DNA of 64,000 nt from an uncultured Candidatus Binatia bacterium (GTDB lineage: Bacteria > Desulfobacterota > Binatia > Bin18): NCBI GenBank assembly GCA_965214605.1, contig OZ243961.1, positions 320,001 through 384,000 of the forward strand. The letters are read 5' to 3'. Within the stretch, counting starts at the first letter, position 1. Every line of letters starts with the position of its first letter. Made by a program: the position numbers and the translations under genes. Shown piece after piece: positions 61,264 to 64,000 of the stretch. Below the pieces are notes generated by a model. That model did not search any database. It saw nothing but the letters and a program-made list of their open reading frames with translations, and had not been told where the DNA came from.

Positions 61264-62867
61264 ATGGCGCGGGAAAGACCCAGAAAACGGCGAGGCAACA
61301 GCGAAACCGGACGGCGGCGAACGACCGGCCATGAGACCGAGTTGTGGGCGATGGCCGACGCCCTGCGCGGCTCGATGGACGCCGCCGAATACAAGCATGT
61401 CGTGCTCGGCCTCATCTTCCTGAAATACATCTCCGACGCCTTCGAGGAGCGTCACGCGGCGGTGCTCGCCGAATGGGGCGCGGAAGCCGCCGAGGACCGT
61501 GACGAGTATCTCGCGGAGAACATCTTCTGGGTCCCGCCGGAAGCCCACTGGGACCGTCTGAGGGCGCAGGCCCGGCAGCCGGCCATTGGCCAGGTCGTCG
61601 ATGACGCCATGGCGGCGATTGAGTACGACAACCCCGCTCTCGAAAGCGTGCTCCCGAAGGACTATGCACGTCCGGCGCTTGACAAGCAGCGGCTTGGACA
61701 GCTCATCGACATGATCGGCAATATCCGGGTGGGCGATGAAGAGGCTCGCTCGCGGGACGTGCTCGGCCGCGTTTACGAATACTTCCCTTCCTGTCGCAGT
61801 TCGCGAGCGCGGAGGGCAAGAAGGGCGGCGAGTTCTACACGCCGCGCTGCGTGGTCCGGCTGCTGGTCGAGATGCTGGAGCCCTATCGAGGCCGGGTCTA
61901 CGACCCGTGTTGCGGCTCGTCCGGGATGTTCGTGCAGTCGGTCGAGTTCATCCGGGCGCACGCGACCGGCAACGGCAACGGGGGCAAGGCGAAGGGCGAC
62001 ATCTCAATCTGGGGCCAGGAGTCCAACTACACGACGTGGAGGCTGGCGAAGATGAACCTCGCCAGCCGCGGCATAGAGGGCCGGATCGCCCATGGCGACA
62101 GCTTCCACAACGACCGCCATCCGGACCTTAAGGCCGACTTCATCCTTGCCAATCCGCCGTTCAACGTCTCGGACTGGGGCGGGGAGCGGCTCGCGGACGA
62201 CAAGCGCTGGAAGCATGGCGTTCCGCCGAAGGGCAATGCCAACTTCGCCTGGGTGCAGCACGTGGTTCACCATCTGGCACCGGGCGGCGCGGCCGGCTTC
62301 GTGCTCGCGAACGGCTCCATGTCGTCGGCCCAGTCGGGCGAAGGCGACATCAGGAAGAGCCTGATCGAGGCCGGGCTCGTGGACTGCATGGTGGCCCTGC
62401 CGGGCCAGCTCTTCTACTCGACCCAGATTCCGGCCTGCCTGTGGTTCCTGGCGCGGGACCGGGGCAACGACAGGTTCCGTGATCGGCGGGGCGAGATCCT
62501 CTTCATCGACGCCCGCACGCTCGGGCGCATGCTGGATCGCACCCATCGCGAACTGACCGACAACGATATTGCCCGCATCGCAGACACCTACCACTGTTGG
62601 CGCTTGAGCGGGGACGGGAGCGGCTATGCCGACGCTCCCGGCTTCTGCCGGAGCGCACCGCTGGAGGAAGTACGCAAGCAGGGACATGTGCTCACACCCG
62701 GCCGCTATGTCGGCGCGCCGCCGCGCGAGGACGACGGCGAGCCGTTCGAGGACAAGATGAAGCGCCTCGTCGCCAAGCTTCAGGAGCAGCAGGCCAAGGG
62801 CGCAAGGCTCGACTCTGTCATCGCCGACAACCTGAAAGCGCTGGGGTTCGGGGGCGGCAAGTCGTGA
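61264..62867 (+). pseudogene. hsdM: Type I restriction-modification methyltransferase, frameshifted
   Basis: [31 protein letters not shown]; 5-bp CTTCC tandem duplication at 61782-61791 shifts the frame. Confidence 0.92.
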
Positions 62868-63277
62868 GCAATTCCGATGAGGTTCGCTGGAGGCAGCGGC
62901 TGGAGAGTTTCGCCGCGGCCCTCGCACGATTAAATGAGGCCTGCGACCAGGAACGTTACAGCGATCTTGAACGTGCGGGGCTGATCAAGACCTTCGAGTT
63001 CTGTTTCGAACTGTCGTGGAAGGTGTTGAAAGATCTTTTGTTCTATGAAGGCTACGAGGAGAAGACGCTTCGCGCCGTCATCCGCAAGAGCTTCGAGGCT
63101 GAGTATATCGACGAGAGCGACTGCGAAACCATGCTCGAAGCCCTCGATAAGCGCAACGTGCTGAGCCATGCCTACCGGAAAGATGTTGCGCTTGAAGCGG
63201 AGGCCATGATCAAGGATCTCTACCACCCCGTTCTGACGCGGCTTCACGCGGTGTTGAGCGCGAGGGCGAACCGATGA
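62864..63277 (+). CDS. HEPN toxin (HI0074-like nucleotidyltransferase substrate-binding family)
   Basis: GTG overlaps the hsdM stop; [24 protein letters not shown] (RX4HXY). Confidence 0.88.
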   Translation: MSNSDEVRWRQRLESFAAALARLNEACDQERYSDLERAGLIKTFEFCFELSWKVLKDLLFYEGYEEKTLRAVIRKSFEAEYIDESDCETMLEALDKRNVLSHAYRKDVALEAEAMIKDLYHPVLTRLHAVLSARANR

Positions 63278-63907
63278 TCGACGGTTTGAAGGACAAACAC
63301 CGCGACGCGATCATCGAGGTTCTTGCTTCCAATGACCGCGTGGAGCGGGTGGTTCTGTTCGGATCACGGGCGATGGAAACCTTCACCCCCAGTTCCGACG
63401 TGGATATCGCCCTGTTCGGTAAAGAGTTGACCCTGACGGACCAGGGCCGTCTGGCCGCGGCCCTGGAAGCTCTCACCATTCCCCAGCGGGTTGACCTGCT
63501 TCTCCATGCCCGGATCGACAACGACGCGCTGCGCGCGCAGATCCGACGGCACGGCATTGAGTGGTACAGGCGACCGAAGGGGACGCCTCCCGCTCGGCCC
63601 CCCCCTTCCCCCCAGCCATCTCGCGACGCTCGAATCCTTGCTGAAGAAATATCTGCCCGATGTCGAGGTCTGGGCTTCTGGCAGCCGCGTGAACGGGCGA
63701 AGCCATGCCGGTAGCGATCTCGACCTCGCACTGCGCGGGCCGGACTTGAAGACAATCCCGGCCGACCGCCTGGCGGCGTTCAAGGAGGCGCTGCGCGAAT
63801 CCAGCATCCCCTTCCTGGTCGAGGCCAGGGACTGGGCGGGCCTCCCGGCACGCTTCCACCGAGAGATTGAGCGGGAGTATGCGGTGTTGCACGCGCCGAG
63901 AACCTGA
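63274..63907 (+). CDS. Minimal nucleotidyltransferase (MNT) antitoxin(s): two domains in different frames
   Basis: GSRAMETFTPSSDVD (frame of 63274) and GSRVNGRSHAGSDLD (frame of 63491), both GSX10DXD; junction near C8-TT-C6 at 63598-63613. Confidence 0.8.
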
Positions 63908-63934
63908 TACAGCAGGCCGCTACAGCCCAACTCA

Positions 63935-64000
63935 CACACGACCAATGGGCCCGTTAAGACAACCGTGGGGAAATTTGCCCCGTTTTCTTATGGCAAGCGT
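63935..64000 (+). CDS. Possible beginning of type I R-M specificity subunit (truncated by window end)
   Basis: KTTVGKFAPFSYGK resembles the start of an HsdS target-recognition domain; position downstream of hsdM. Confidence 0.4.

Noticed and set aside
1-64000. CRISPR array, rRNA, intact transposase or retron
   Set aside because: No regularly spaced repeats, rRNA-like sequence, DDE transposase or reverse transcriptase motifs found by eye.

Overview
GC-rich bacterial chromosomal segment. It is probably at or near the replication terminus, given a dif-like Xer site at 14471-14498. The gene inventory (DUF1329/DUF1571 proteins, several luciferase-like monooxygenases, acyl-CoA dehydrogenases, a copper membrane monooxygenase) resembles Binatia/Binatota-like organisms; this is an inference, not a database result. 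Housekeeping genes are gatCAB, serS, ilvD and tRNA-Ser(TGA). The window holds an 8-gene b6f-like Rieske/cytochrome b operon with an octaheme cytochrome c, a cupredoxin and two membrane microproteins absent from the ORF track. It also has a CoxD/CoxE-like pair, a two-component cluster, pterin genes and a SelW-like selenoprotein (CxxU plus SECIS-like hairpin) missed by the ORF track. A divergent xmoC(A)B copper monooxygenase locus has lost most of xmoA and the start of xmoB by deletion. The right end carries an integrase remnant, a frameshifted type I R-M hsdM and a HEPN/MNT toxin-antitoxin module. Many internally deleted pseudogenes and duplicated fragments, plus a recurrent TGACTATAGTCA palindrome near dif, indicate ongoing rearrangement and decay. 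All calls come from reading the sequence by eye; no searches were run.
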